In this document: in pieces, positions 37,033 to 46,926 of the stretch
How positions within the stretch are numbered: the stretch's first letter is position 1
How the letters are laid out: each line of letters starts with the position of its first letter
From: Candidatus Uhrbacteria bacterium
GTDB lineage: Bacteria > Patescibacteriota > Patescibacteriia > 2-12-FULL-60-25
Assembly: GCA_023246415.1 (NCBI GenBank)
Contig: JAHFIK010000002.1
Coordinates: 1-58,249, forward strand
DNA length: 58,249 nt
Direction: 5' to 3'
Program-made: the position numbers and the translations under genes
The notes under the pieces: model-generated
What the model was told of the DNA's origin: nothing
Seen by the model: only the letters and a program-made list of their open reading frames with translations
Database searches by the model: none

Positions 37033-37393
37033 TATGACGATGTTTGAGTTTGGAACGCGATTTTTACGTCAGGCGTCACTCGCCGTGACGGTTTTTGGAA
37101 GTGTGGCGATGGTGATGGAGTGGGCGATCCCAGGATCCGTTGGTCCGTACATCGATGTGATTCCGTATCTGGTGGTTGGGTTGAGCGGCTTGGCGATCGA
37201 CATTTCGATGACCGCTGTGGTTCAAGGGCGGTCGTGGGTTCGGTGGGTGGTCAGCGTTCTGCTCTGTTGCGTTGTCATCGCTACGGCATTGGTTCAATTT
37301 AATGGGGGACAGCGAATGTCGCTGATCGTCGCTGCATTTTTGGGGATTTCGGTATGGGCTATTGTGATGGCGAGCGGGGCCCCAGAGGCTTGA
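37022..37393 (+). CDS. Hypothetical 4-TM membrane protein
   Basis: Four hydrophobic segments. It fills the gap before rfbB; the start is uncertain. Confidence 0.55.
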   Translation: MDHDMTMFEFGTRFLRQASLAVTVFGSVAMVMEWAIPGSVGPYIDVIPYLVVGLSGLAIDISMTAVVQGRSWVRWVVSVLLCCVVIATALVQFNGGQRMSLIVAAFLGISVWAIVMASGAPEA

Positions 37394-37427
37394 TTTTTTG
37401 AGTAATTCATGATGAAGTAGGCCGCAT

Positions 37428-38453
37428 ATGAAGATCCTTGTGACCGGCGGAGCCGGATTCATTGGCTCAAATTATGTCTATCAGGTGCTCCACCGCCATC
37501 CGGAAGATGAGGTGGTGGTTCTTGATGCATTAACCTACGCAGGGAATCTTGAAAACCTCAAACAGCTCGAACGCGATCCTCGGTTTCGATTTGTGAAAGG
37601 AGATATCTGTGATGCGGCGTTGGTTGATGATCTGGTGAAGGGTGTGGACGCGGTTGTTCATTTTGCCGCCGAGTCTCATGTGGACCGTTCGATTATGGAT
37701 CCGGGCGTGTTTGTTCGAACAAATATCATTGGAACGCAGACGTTGCTGGATGCCTGTCGTCGGAACGGGAATGTGCGGTTCCATCATGTTTCGACCGATG
37801 AAGTCTTTGGATCGCTGGGCGCGACGGGATTGTTTTCTGAACAGACGCCATATGACCCGCGAAGTCCGTATAGCGCCTCAAAAGCAGGCTCGGATCATTT
37901 GGTTCGGGCGGCCTGGCATACCTATGGATTACCCGTGACCATTTCGAACTGTTCAAATAATTACGGTCCGTATCAGCACCCGGAAAAATTGATCCCACTC
38001 TTCATTACAAACCTGATCGAAGGGAAAACGGTTCCGTTGTATGGAGATGGGATGAACGTCCGCGATTGGATTCATGTTGAAGATCATTGTGAAGGCGTGG
38101 ATCTTGTCTTGAGAAAAGGAACGATTGGCGAAACATATCTGTTTGGCGGCCGCAGTGAGCGATCAAATGCAGAGATCACCAATCTGATTTTGTTTGAAAT
38201 GGGAGCCGGACAGGGGAAGATTGAGCGCGTTGCGGATCGTCTCGGTCATGATCGTCGATATGCGATCGACCCATCACGCGCCGAGCGTGAACTCGGATGG
38301 TCTCCGAAGACGCCCTTTTTGCATGGTCTCCGGAAAACGATCGCCTGGTATACGTCGAATGAAGCCTGGTGGAGGAATGTGAAGTCCGGTGCGTATCGGG
38401 AATACTATGAGAAGCAGTACGGATCGCGTCCGACGCCGGGTGTAAGCCGTTAA
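37428..38453 (+). CDS. rfbB: dTDP-glucose 4,6-dehydratase
   Basis: TGGAGFIG, AAESHVDRS, STDEV, YSASK, NNYGP, GHDRRY. Confidence 0.97.
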   Translation: MKILVTGGAGFIGSNYVYQVLHRHPEDEVVVLDALTYAGNLENLKQLERDPRFRFVKGDICDAALVDDLVKGVDAVVHFAAESHVDRSIMDPGVFVRTNIIGTQTLLDACRRNGNVRFHHVSTDEVFGSLGATGLFSEQTPYDPRSPYSASKAGSDHLVRAAWHTYGLPVTISNCSNNYGPYQHPEKLIPLFITNLIEGKTVPLYGDGMNVRDWIHVEDHCEGVDLVLRKGTIGETYLFGGRSERSNAEITNLILFEMGAGQGKIERVADRLGHDRRYAIDPSRAERELGWSPKTPFLHGLRKTIAWYTSNEAWWRNVKSGAYREYYEKQYGSRPTPGVSR

Positions 38454-38486
38454 GGAATTCCAATCACAAAGACGATAGACTGTTGT

Positions 38487-39563
38487 ATGAAAGCTCTTAT
38501 TGCGGCCGGCGGTCGCGCGACGCGATTGCGTCCGATTACGCATACGACGAATAAGCATCTCATTCCGCTCGCGGGAAAGCCGTTGATTGAGTATGCGATT
38601 GAGAAAATTGTCGCCTGCGGAATTACCGAGATCGGGATCAATGTGAATCAGGGGGAAACGGAAATCCAAAAAGTCGTTGGGGATGGATCTCGCTGGAACG
38701 CGCGCGTCACCTATCTCGAGCAGTCGGGCGGTGCGCTTGGACTTGCGCATGTCGTTGGAAATGCTCGGACATGGATCGGAAATGAATCATTCATTTTTTA
38801 TCTCGGTGATAATATTATTCTCGGCTCGATTGAGCATCTTGCGCAGAAATTTGTTTCAGAAGATCTGGACTGTCTGCTCGCGCTCGCACGCGTGCAGGAT
38901 CCGCGGGCATTTGGAAGTCCGGTCTTGGACGGAAATCGGATTACGCGTGTCATCGAAAAACCAAAGGATCCGCCATCGCCTTATGCGGTCACAGGGATCT
39001 ACTTCTATAAGCCCTGCATTTTTGATGCGATCGACGGGTTGAAACCGTCGGATCGCGGGGAGTATGAAATTTCCGATGCGCACACGCGGCTCATCGACGC
39101 CGGGAAGCGCGTGGGATTTGAAGAGATCACCGGATGGTGGAAGGACACCGGGAGACCAGACGATCTCATTGAAGGCAACGGTCTCATCCTCGACGGAATA
39201 TCGGTGTCGAACATTTCACCGGCAGCGAATATTGAATCTGGTGCGGTGATCGATGGGATCGTACAGATCGGGGCGGGGACGGTGATCTCAAAAGATTCCG
39301 TGATTCGCGGGCCGGTGACGATCGGAGAACGATGTCGGATTACAAGCGCGGTGATCGGTCCGCATACGTCGTTATCTGACGATGTCATGGTTGATCGCGC
39401 GCGTGTTGATCGATGCATTGTGATGGAAGAGGCGAGTATTCGTTCTGAACGCCACATCATTCGGTCGATTATCGGAAAACGGGTCACGATTCTTGATCGT
39501 GAGCGTTCCGAGGAAGCGGGGATTCATTTGCTCGTTGGGGATCAATCGCTGATCGAGCTCTAA
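38487..39563 (+). CDS. rfbA: Glucose-1-phosphate thymidylyltransferase (long form with left-handed beta-helix)
   Basis: TRLRPIT....K.L.P, YLGDN, EKP, RGE.EI.DA, WKDTG, hexapeptide tail. Confidence 0.9.
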   Translation: MKALIAAGGRATRLRPITHTTNKHLIPLAGKPLIEYAIEKIVACGITEIGINVNQGETEIQKVVGDGSRWNARVTYLEQSGGALGLAHVVGNARTWIGNESFIFYLGDNIILGSIEHLAQKFVSEDLDCLLALARVQDPRAFGSPVLDGNRITRVIEKPKDPPSPYAVTGIYFYKPCIFDAIDGLKPSDRGEYEISDAHTRLIDAGKRVGFEEITGWWKDTGRPDDLIEGNGLILDGISVSNISPAANIESGAVIDGIVQIGAGTVISKDSVIRGPVTIGERCRITSAVIGPHTSLSDDVMVDRARVDRCIVMEEASIRSERHIIRSIIGKRVTILDRERSEEAGIHLLVGDQSLIEL

Positions 39564-39618
39564 GATCGTCCCCCTTGCCCTTCTCGCTTTGATGGGAAGG
39601 ACGTACACTTGCTTCGTC

Positions 39619-40917
39619 ATGCAACATCCTCCGTTTCATCGCCGCGTCCTCTTGTGGGTGTTTGTGATTATGTTTCTCGCCGTCGCCCCGTCGGCCATTT
39701 TTTATACCGCCGGGTATCGATGGAATCCTAAGAAAGGGGCGATTGAGCGAAATGGAACAGTGATTATTGATACGATTCCAGAAGGGGCGAAAATTACAAT
39801 GAATGGCACGGTGCTTGCGAAGGCGAGCCCTGTGACTCAGCAGGATGTCGCTCCTGGGACATATCGCATCGCGTTAACACTTTCCGGATACCATCCCTGG
39901 GAAAAAGTGCTTGATGTTCGCCCAGAGCGAGTGACGTTTGTAAACGATGTTGAATTTTGGCCGATCACCACGGATCCATCCGCGATTGATGAAACGAGCG
40001 CGCGCGCGATCGAGACATCACCGAACGGACGCTATGTCGCGTATGTGCGTAATCGAAACGGTGAAATGGGTGTATCGATTATCGATTCCACGAATGGAAA
40101 ACGGTCAGAGTATGGATTTTCGACGTCAACGTTTTCAGGGATCGGTCAGCTCGAATGGAGTTCGGATTCATCGGCGGTGTTTGTCCATGACGATCATGAC
40201 GTCTCGTGGATCGTGAATCGGACCGGAACGCGTGCGATCTCACTTCCAGACGGGACCTATCGATGGAGTGGAAAAGATCTTGTCGGTGTCTCGGCTGTCG
40301 GAAAGACAACCTATAATACGACGAGCGGGGCGGCATCCCGGACCACGCTCGCGAAAGGGGTCCTTGATACGGAAGGGGTATATGACATTGTTGAGTCGGT
40401 CTCGTCCACGGCGCTTGCCCTTCGGGACCGTTCTGATCCGAATCGATTATTTGAACTCCCGCCTGGAGACTGGTCCTTTTCAACTGCACCCGATGGGATG
40501 ATCGCGGTGTATCAGTCCGGGAGAGAAGTGATTTTTAATGGTGGAACGGATCCAACGTCCGCAGCCGTTGTGGCATCAAATAGCCAGATCGAAACGCTCA
40601 AAATGAACGGGGAGACATCGTTGTTGACGGTTCAGGCGAACGAGATCTGGTTATCCACGCTTGGATCGGAACCGGAATTATTATTGCGGAAAAGTGTTCC
40701 GATTCGATCCGCGGTCTGGCATCGTCTCGGAAAAAATCTCTTTTACGCATCACCGACGGAGGTCGTCGCACTTAATCTGGATTCACGTGATGGTCGGATG
40801 GAAACAACCTTGGCACAGTTTGACGAAATTTTTGGGATTGCCGTTGTGAAGAAGAATCTCTATGTTTCTGCAAAGAAACAGGGGACGGAAGGGGTCTGGT
40901 CTGTACGAATCGAATAG
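39619..40917 (+). CDS. PEGA-domain protein with a beta-propeller-like region
   Basis: TM segment, then GYR, P.GA.I, PG.Y.I....GY.PWEK (PEGA), then SPNG/WS.DS propeller-type repeats. Confidence 0.8.
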   Translation: MQHPPFHRRVLLWVFVIMFLAVAPSAIFYTAGYRWNPKKGAIERNGTVIIDTIPEGAKITMNGTVLAKASPVTQQDVAPGTYRIALTLSGYHPWEKVLDVRPERVTFVNDVEFWPITTDPSAIDETSARAIETSPNGRYVAYVRNRNGEMGVSIIDSTNGKRSEYGFSTSTFSGIGQLEWSSDSSAVFVHDDHDVSWIVNRTGTRAISLPDGTYRWSGKDLVGVSAVGKTTYNTTSGAASRTTLAKGVLDTEGVYDIVESVSSTALALRDRSDPNRLFELPPGDWSFSTAPDGMIAVYQSGREVIFNGGTDPTSAAVVASNSQIETLKMNGETSLLTVQANEIWLSTLGSEPELLLRKSVPIRSAVWHRLGKNLFYASPTEVVALNLDSRDGRMETTLAQFDEIFGIAVVKKNLYVSAKKQGTEGVWSVRIE

Positions 40918-40924
40918 TACGCAA

Positions 40925-40953
40925 TTGACGAGGAGCGAGGCGCGTTCTATCAT
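40925..40953 (+). promoter_or_regulatory. Putative sigma70 promoter for the S41 protease gene
   Basis: TTGACG-N17-TATCAT, with ATG 9 nt downstream. Confidence 0.55.
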
Positions 40954-40962
40954 CATCCTCGA

Positions 40963-42312
40963 ATGATTGATCAACAACGTGTCGTGCCGGTTCCGTCTCC
41001 CGATCGGGGACCGCATCGGTTTATTACGGTCTTCGCCGTTGGTTTTTTTGCATTTTTAATCGGTCTCGGGATTGGATTGAGAGGGGTTTCTGCCGGACGG
41101 GCGGCACCACGGAGCGCAATCGCTGTCCGTTCTTCGTCGTCCGCGAGTTCAACAACAGATCAATCATTTATTGGACGCGTCCTCGGCATCGGGGATGCGG
41201 CACCGGCAGACGCTGCTCAAGATGTTGATTTTCAACTTTTTTGGAATGTCTGGTCGGATCTCAAGAAGAATTATTATCAGCAGCCGATTGAAGATAAGAA
41301 GCTGCTCTACGGGGCGATTCAGGGGATGACGGATGCGGTCGGTGATCCATACACCATGTATTTCCCGCCGGCACAGGCAAAAGAATTCTCAGATTCGATG
41401 AAGGGGGAGTTCTCTGGGATTGGAGCTGAAATTGGGATGAAGGGCGGTGTCCTTCAAGTCATTGCGCCATTGCCGGATTCACCTGCGGAAAAAGCGGGAA
41501 TTCTATCGCGAGACGTCATTTTGAAAATCAACGGAGAGGATTCGGTCACGATGCCGGTTGAAGAAGCAGTTTCAAAAATTCGGGGGAAGGAAGGAACGTC
41601 CGTGACATTGACGATTGGTCGAACCGCGAAGCCGCCGAAAAAAGATGCGCAAGGAAAACCGATTCTTGAAACAAAAGAGCTCAAGATTGTCCGCGAGACG
41701 ATTACGGTGAAGAGCGTCAAATTGACCGATAAAGGTCATGGCATTTTCGTCATTCAGATTTCAAGCTTTAACGACGATGTCGCGGACACCTTTGCGACCT
41801 TGGAAAATCAGGCGCTTGAAAAAGGGGCAAAGGGGATCATACTCGATCTTCGCAATGATCCCGGGGGATATCTGGAACGGGCCGTTCAAATCGGTGGCGA
41901 GTGGATGAACGGACGTGTCATCGTGAAGCAACGAAAGCAAGGAAAGATTATCGAGACCTTCAAAGGCGAGGGGAGCAATAAACTTCAATCCATCCCAACC
42001 GTGGTCTTGGTGAATGAAGGATCGGCGTCTGCGGCAGAGATTCTTGCAGGAGCGTTGCAGGACTATGGAATCGCAAAGATTGTCGGCGTGAAGACGTTTG
42101 GAAAAGGGTCTGTCCAGAATGTGATTGATTATCCGGATGGATCTTCCGTAAAAATTACCATCTCCGAGTGGGTGACACCGAAAGATCGTTCGATTGATAA
42201 AGAAGGGATCACCCCGGATCTCGAGGTGAAAATGACCACTGAAGACTACAATGCCGACCGAGACCCCCAACTCGACAAAGCCATCGAAATCCTCTCATCC
42301 GCAAAGCATTGA
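40963..42312 (+). CDS. Carboxy-terminal processing protease (S41A, PDZ)
   Basis: DPYT, GIGA, DLRNDPGG, SASAAEI, TFGKGSVQ, GITPD. Confidence 0.93.
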   Translation: MIDQQRVVPVPSPDRGPHRFITVFAVGFFAFLIGLGIGLRGVSAGRAAPRSAIAVRSSSSASSTTDQSFIGRVLGIGDAAPADAAQDVDFQLFWNVWSDLKKNYYQQPIEDKKLLYGAIQGMTDAVGDPYTMYFPPAQAKEFSDSMKGEFSGIGAEIGMKGGVLQVIAPLPDSPAEKAGILSRDVILKINGEDSVTMPVEEAVSKIRGKEGTSVTLTIGRTAKPPKKDAQGKPILETKELKIVRETITVKSVKLTDKGHGIFVIQISSFNDDVADTFATLENQALEKGAKGIILDLRNDPGGYLERAVQIGGEWMNGRVIVKQRKQGKIIETFKGEGSNKLQSIPTVVLVNEGSASAAEILAGALQDYGIAKIVGVKTFGKGSVQNVIDYPDGSSVKITISEWVTPKDRSIDKEGITPDLEVKMTTEDYNADRDPQLDKAIEILSSAKH

Positions 42313-42997
42313 TCGACCGGATAAGCCGGGAGATAAAAAGCGATCGTATCCGCGGTGGGAGACATTCAAACGGCGTCCGGACTATCACCTTGTCAGTGCT
42401 GGCGGGATTGTGTATCGAAATCGCGGCGGTCGGATCGAGATGTTTTTTATCAAAGATCCATTCGGACGCTGGTCGTTTCCAAAAGGAAAAATCGAACTCG
42501 GTGAAACACTTGCGGAAACCGCGGTGCGAGAAATCCGGGAAGAGACCGGTCTCGAAGGTCTTCGACTCATTGCGAATCTCGGGAAGACGAGTTTTCGCTT
42601 TTGGAGAGAGGCGGGGTTGATTGAAAAAACCGTTCACATGTTTCTGTTTCAAGCGCCGGCGACCGCGAAAGCGCAACTCACGAAGGCAGAAGCGATAAAA
42701 GGTGGTGCGTGGATGCCGTCTCAGTGCGCCTTTCAGGTGAGCGGATATCGGAATAGTGACAAGCTCCTTGGCGAAGCCATGCGGAAGATCGCTGAAGCGG
42801 AGGGCGTGGTGATGCCGTTGCCGGTCCCGAAGGCAAGAAAAGCGAATAAGGGTCGTCCGCAGCATGGTCGTGAACGAAATCGGAACGGTGGAAATCGAAA
42901 ACCGATCGCCATTTTTAAAGCAGAATCACAACCGGATCGTCGACCGATTGAAGTGAAGTCGAATGAACCAAAACGAAAAATTCGGATTCATTACTGA
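42251..42997 (+). CDS. NUDIX hydrolase with a basic C-terminal tail (start uncertain)
   Basis: SAGG and WSFPKGKIE.GE....AVREIREETG (Nudix box). Confidence 0.85.
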   Translation: MPTETPNSTKPSKSSHPQSIDRPDKPGDKKRSYPRWETFKRRPDYHLVSAGGIVYRNRGGRIEMFFIKDPFGRWSFPKGKIELGETLAETAVREIREETGLEGLRLIANLGKTSFRFWREAGLIEKTVHMFLFQAPATAKAQLTKAEAIKGGAWMPSQCAFQVSGYRNSDKLLGEAMRKIAEAEGVVMPLPVPKARKANKGRPQHGRERNRNGGNRKPIAIFKAESQPDRRPIEVKSNEPKRKIRIHY

Positions 42998-43099
42998 TCT
43001 CTCAATCGTCAGAACCGAGGAGGGGATGCGCGGGCATCTCTTTTGATATTGACGCGTTGTCGCGGAAGCGGTGCGCGCGTGCTAACCTCCACTCTCGAT

Positions 43100-44746
43100 A
43101 TGTCAAAAACACGTCGTAAGTTCATATTTGTTACCGGCGGAGTCATGTCGGGAGTCGGAAAGGGGGTCACGACCGCCTCCATCGGCGCCCTCCTCCGCGC
43201 ACGAGGTCTTCGCGTCACGGCCGTCAAAATTGATCCGTACGTGAACGTCGATCCCGGCACAATGAACCCCGTCGAACATGGCGAGGTTTTTGTAACCGCA
43301 GATGGGCAGGAGTCGGACCAGGATCTTGGAAATTATGAACGGTTCTTTGATACGGATCTCGGCCGAGAGAATTATATGACGACCGGCAGTGTCTATCTCT
43401 CCGTGATTGAGCGTGAGCGTTCAATGGGGTACGGAGGGAAGACGGTGGAAGTCGTTCCGCATATTCCACTGGAAGTGATTTCACGGATTACCGCAGCTGC
43501 CGATCGCGCGAACGCAGACGTGACGTTGATTGAGGTCGGGGGGACGGTCGGTGAGTATCAGAATATTTTGTTCCTTGAAGCATGCCGGATGATGCGGCTT
43601 GATCGACCGAATGACGTTCTCGCGATTCTGGTCAGCTATCTACCGGTCCCGGGGACGCTGGGTGAAATGAAGACAAAGCCGACGCAGTACGCCTGTCGTT
43701 CGCTGAACAGTGTTGGATTGCAGCCAGACATGATTATTTGTCGATCGACACACCTGCTTGATGAGTCGCGGAAACGGAAACTAAGCATGAATTGCAACGT
43801 GAGTCCCGAGGATGTTATTTCAGCGCCTGATGCTCCATCCATTTACAATGTTCCGATTCGCCTGCACGAGGAGCGGGTGGGGGAGCGGATCTGTAAGAAG
43901 CTCGGGATCAAGACGAAGGGGGAGCGGATGAAACCTTGGGAGGATCTTCTCGCAACCTCTTCGAAACAGGCAAAACAGGTGCGGATCGGAATTGTTGGAA
44001 AATATTTTTCAACCGGAGATTTCACCTTGAGTGATGCATATCTTTCGGTGATTGAAGCGGTGAAACATGCTGCATGGGCCGTAGGACGGAAGCCTGAAAT
44101 TTCGTGGCTGAATAGCGAGGCATATGAACAGTCTCCGGCGCAGATGAAGCGCGAGTTAGCACAGCTTGATGGGATCTTAATTCCGGGCGGGTTTGGCTCC
44201 CGCGGGGTCGAGGGGAAGATTCGTGCAATTCAGTATGCTCGTGAAAAGAAGATTCCATTCCTGGGCATTTGCTACGGACTCCAGCTTGCGGTGATCGAAT
44301 ACACACGTCACGTGCTTGGATATGCGCACGCGCACACGACAGAGATCGCTCCAAAGACACCGAATCCGGTGATCCATCTCATGAATGAACAAGAGGAGCG
44401 GATGAAAAACCATGATTACGGAGGAACGATGCGATTAGGGAATTATCCCTGTGTGCTCGCCCCGCATTCAATCGCACAGCGGCTCTACGGGGGCGCGGCG
44501 CTCATTCAGGAACGACACCGTCATCGATTTGAGGTGAACCCGGAATACGTTCCGCGATTGATGGAAAAAGGACTGCGTTTTTCTGGGCAGTCCCCAGATG
44601 GGACATTGGCGGAGATCATCGAGCTCCCGAAGCATCCCTTCTTTGTCGCGTCACAGTTCCATCCAGAGTTTACGTCACGACCATTTAGTCCGAATCCGCT
44701 TTTCCTTGGATTCGTAAAGGCAGCCAGCGGGAAGCGGAAGCATTGA
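43100..44746 (+). CDS. pyrG: CTP synthase
   Basis: FVTGGV.SG.GKG, KIDPY.N.DPGTM, KTKPTQ, GICYG, ERHRHR, QFHPE. Confidence 0.98.
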   Translation: MSKTRRKFIFVTGGVMSGVGKGVTTASIGALLRARGLRVTAVKIDPYVNVDPGTMNPVEHGEVFVTADGQESDQDLGNYERFFDTDLGRENYMTTGSVYLSVIERERSMGYGGKTVEVVPHIPLEVISRITAAADRANADVTLIEVGGTVGEYQNILFLEACRMMRLDRPNDVLAILVSYLPVPGTLGEMKTKPTQYACRSLNSVGLQPDMIICRSTHLLDESRKRKLSMNCNVSPEDVISAPDAPSIYNVPIRLHEERVGERICKKLGIKTKGERMKPWEDLLATSSKQAKQVRIGIVGKYFSTGDFTLSDAYLSVIEAVKHAAWAVGRKPEISWLNSEAYEQSPAQMKRELAQLDGILIPGGFGSRGVEGKIRAIQYAREKKIPFLGICYGLQLAVIEYTRHVLGYAHAHTTEIAPKTPNPVIHLMNEQEERMKNHDYGGTMRLGNYPCVLAPHSIAQRLYGGAALIQERHRHRFEVNPEYVPRLMEKGLRFSGQSPDGTLAEIIELPKHPFFVASQFHPEFTSRPFSPNPLFLGFVKAASGKRKH

Positions 44747-44765
44747 TCATCGGACGATGCTCGGG

Positions 44766-44803
44766 AATCAAATAATCCGGTCTGCTGACCGGATTATTTG
44801 ATT
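44766..44803. terminator. Bidirectional hairpin between pyrG and rpmA
   Basis: aatcaaataatccggtc-tgct-gaccggattatttgatt, a perfect 17-bp stem. Confidence 0.75.
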
Positions 44804-44818
44804 TCGAGATCGTTGAGA

Positions 44819-45100
44819 TTACTCGGTTGGAAGCACGTTGGCGAATTTTACGTGACGGATTTTTCCATCGTAGTTCGTAATCCGCTTGTTCGTAAATTTG
44901 ACGATCCCCGGCGCAACGGCGAACAAGGTGTCGTCTTTGCCGCGGCGGACGTTCGTCCCCGGTCGGATGGCTGTGCCACGCTGACGGACGAGAATCATAC
45001 CTGTTTTTGCGAATTCACCGGCGTACAGCTTCACACCAAGACGTTGGCCTTGGGAGTCGCGTACGTTGGCGGTAGAGCCGCCAGCTTTTTTATGTGCCAT
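44819..45100 (-). CDS. rpmA: 50S ribosomal protein L27
   Basis: [14 protein letters not shown]...RLGVK, RQRGT, G.D.TLFA. Confidence 0.98.
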   Translation of the reverse strand: MAHKKAGGSTANVRDSQGQRLGVKLYAGEFAKTGMILVRQRGTAIRPGTNVRRGKDDTLFAVAPGIVKFTNKRITNYDGKIRHVKFANVLPTE

Positions 45101-45206
45101 AGGGGGGTTTCGTTATTGCGCGGCAATTATAGGGGTTTCTGTGACGTCTTGTCAAGAGGACCCGGCGCGACTAGGATGACGTATAGTGAATTGAATAAAA
45201 TCAGCT

Positions 45207-45476
45207 ATGGAAACACCCTTTTTGGAGCGGATTGAAGCGGCTCTCGACCTGGTTCGAGGGCGTCTTGCCATGCATGGAGGGGGGATGGAGCTTGTTGCCG
45301 CAGATGAAGCCTCTGGGGAGGTTTCCGTTCGATTTCGAGGGGCATGTGTGGGTTGTCCGCTCGCATCGTTGACGCTTGGGGGCATTGTAGAAGATGTTCT
45401 CGGTGAGGTTCCTGGTGTGCGCCATGTCACTGCGGTTTCCGATGATTCGATGACAGATATCCCGGCCGCCGTATGA
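45207..45476 (+). CDS. NifU/NfuA C-terminal domain protein
   Basis: VR..L..HGG..ELV and GACVGCP. Confidence 0.9.
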   Translation: METPFLERIEAALDLVRGRLAMHGGGMELVAADEASGEVSVRFRGACVGCPLASLTLGGIVEDVLGEVPGVRHVTAVSDDSMTDIPAAV

Positions 45477-45856
45477 AATTTGCTGTGGCAGAATGGCGGC
45501 TTGCCTTTGAGATCGCCTGGGATGATCCCTGGTTTAAGATTCAGACCATCGTCACGAGTCTTGTCGTCCTGTTGAGTGCCGCGATGTATCTCTGGAGACT
45601 CATTCCATCCGGCGTCCTGCATGGTTCGCTTGTGTTTCATTATAACGTCTATCTTGGGATTGACGACGTTCGAACGTGGCCCTGGGTGTTCTATCTTCCG
45701 CTCGTCATGATGGGGATCGTTGGGATTGATTTGGCCGCATCGTGCCTGGTGTATCGGTATGATAAAATTGCGAGTAGAGTGCTGTTAACGGTCGCATCCG
45801 TCTTTGCGCTCCTCATGGCAGTCGGAGAATTATTCATCGTCCTGATCAATGGATAG
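45473..45856 (+). CDS. Hypothetical membrane protein
   Basis: Three TM segments and a HYNVYLGID motif. It overlaps both flanking genes. Confidence 0.7.
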   Translation: MKFAVAEWRLAFEIAWDDPWFKIQTIVTSLVVLLSAAMYLWRLIPSGVLHGSLVFHYNVYLGIDDVRTWPWVFYLPLVMMGIVGIDLAASCLVYRYDKIASRVLLTVASVFALLMAVGELFIVLING

Positions 45857-46919
45857 CATGTCGTTTTTTGAAACCTATCACGTCGCTCGGCTGGTTATTA
45901 TTTTTGCAACGGCTTTCGTGGTTGCCTTTGCGGTGATGCCGATTTGGATCGCATTGCTGAAGAAGATGAAACTGGGGAAAGCGATCCGTGATGAGGCGGG
46001 CGCACCGATCATGGTGAAGTTGCACGCGATGAAAGCGGGGACGCCGACGATGGGAGGACTGATTATTTGGGGGACGGTTCTGGCGATTATTTTGGCCTAT
46101 CGCGGAGCGTGCTACGTGCAGTTTGCGCCATTCTGCAGTCTTTCATTTTTATCGCGAGCACAAACGCGGTTGCCGCTCGGGATTCTTGTTGCCGCCGGGT
46201 TGATCGGACTGCTTGATGATTATTTGAACGCAAAGAAGATTGGACCACGCGGGGGAGGGCTGCGCATGCGTGTGAAATTGATTTCATATACCGCCATCGC
46301 CCTTGCTGGAGCTTACTGGTTTTTTTCACGTTTAGAATGGGACTTCGTTCACGTCCCATTCATTGGAACATTTCATCTCGGCGTGTGGTACGTGCTCTTT
46401 TTTGTCTTTGTGATGGTGGCGACGTCATTTAGTGCCAACGAAACGGATGGATTGGATGGGCTCGCGGGCGGAACCTTTATGACATCGTTCGGTGCCATGG
46501 CGATCATCTCCTTGGCCCAAGGACGCATTGATCTTGCCGCATTCTGTTTAGCGATTTTTGGTGCGCTGTTGGCCTTTCTCTGGTTCAACGTTCCGAAGGC
46601 GTCTATTTTTATGGGAGATACGGGTGCCATGTCGCTTGGATCGGTCCTTGCAGCCGTTGCGATGATTACGAATACGGCTCTCCTCCTTCCGATCATCGCG
46701 TTTCCATTCGTGATCGAATCGCTGTCCGTGTTGATTCAGATGGTCTGGAAACGGATTTTCAAACGGAAGCTGTTTCGCTCTTCTCCGCTCCACCATCACC
46801 TTGAAGCGATCGGGTGGGGGGAGTCGCAAATTGTCATGCGATGCTGGATCATCTCGATTATCGTCGCCGCCATTGGCGTCATTCTCGCGTTCATCGATCC
46901 GACTCGTCTTTCGGTATAG
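45849..46919 (+). CDS. mraY: Phospho-N-acetylmuramoyl-pentapeptide transferase
   Basis: K.GTPTMGG, DD, N.TDGLDGL, FMGDTG, PLHHH.E. Confidence 0.97.
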   Translation: MDSMSFFETYHVARLVIIFATAFVVAFAVMPIWIALLKKMKLGKAIRDEAGAPIMVKLHAMKAGTPTMGGLIIWGTVLAIILAYRGACYVQFAPFCSLSFLSRAQTRLPLGILVAAGLIGLLDDYLNAKKIGPRGGGLRMRVKLISYTAIALAGAYWFFSRLEWDFVHVPFIGTFHLGVWYVLFFVFVMVATSFSANETDGLDGLAGGTFMTSFGAMAIISLAQGRIDLAAFCLAIFGALLAFLWFNVPKASIFMGDTGAMSLGSVLAAVAMITNTALLLPIIAFPFVIESLSVLIQMVWKRIFKRKLFRSSPLHHHLEAIGWGESQIVMRCWIISIIVAAIGVILAFIDPTRLSV

Positions 46920-46926
46920 AGGGATT

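Noticed and set aside
42209-42865. 218-aa antisense ORF and other long antisense ORFs in the track
   Set aside because: They lie opposite well-supported genes and have no recognisable motifs.
44798-45235. 145-aa plus-strand ORF
   Set aside because: It is the antisense shadow of rpmA.
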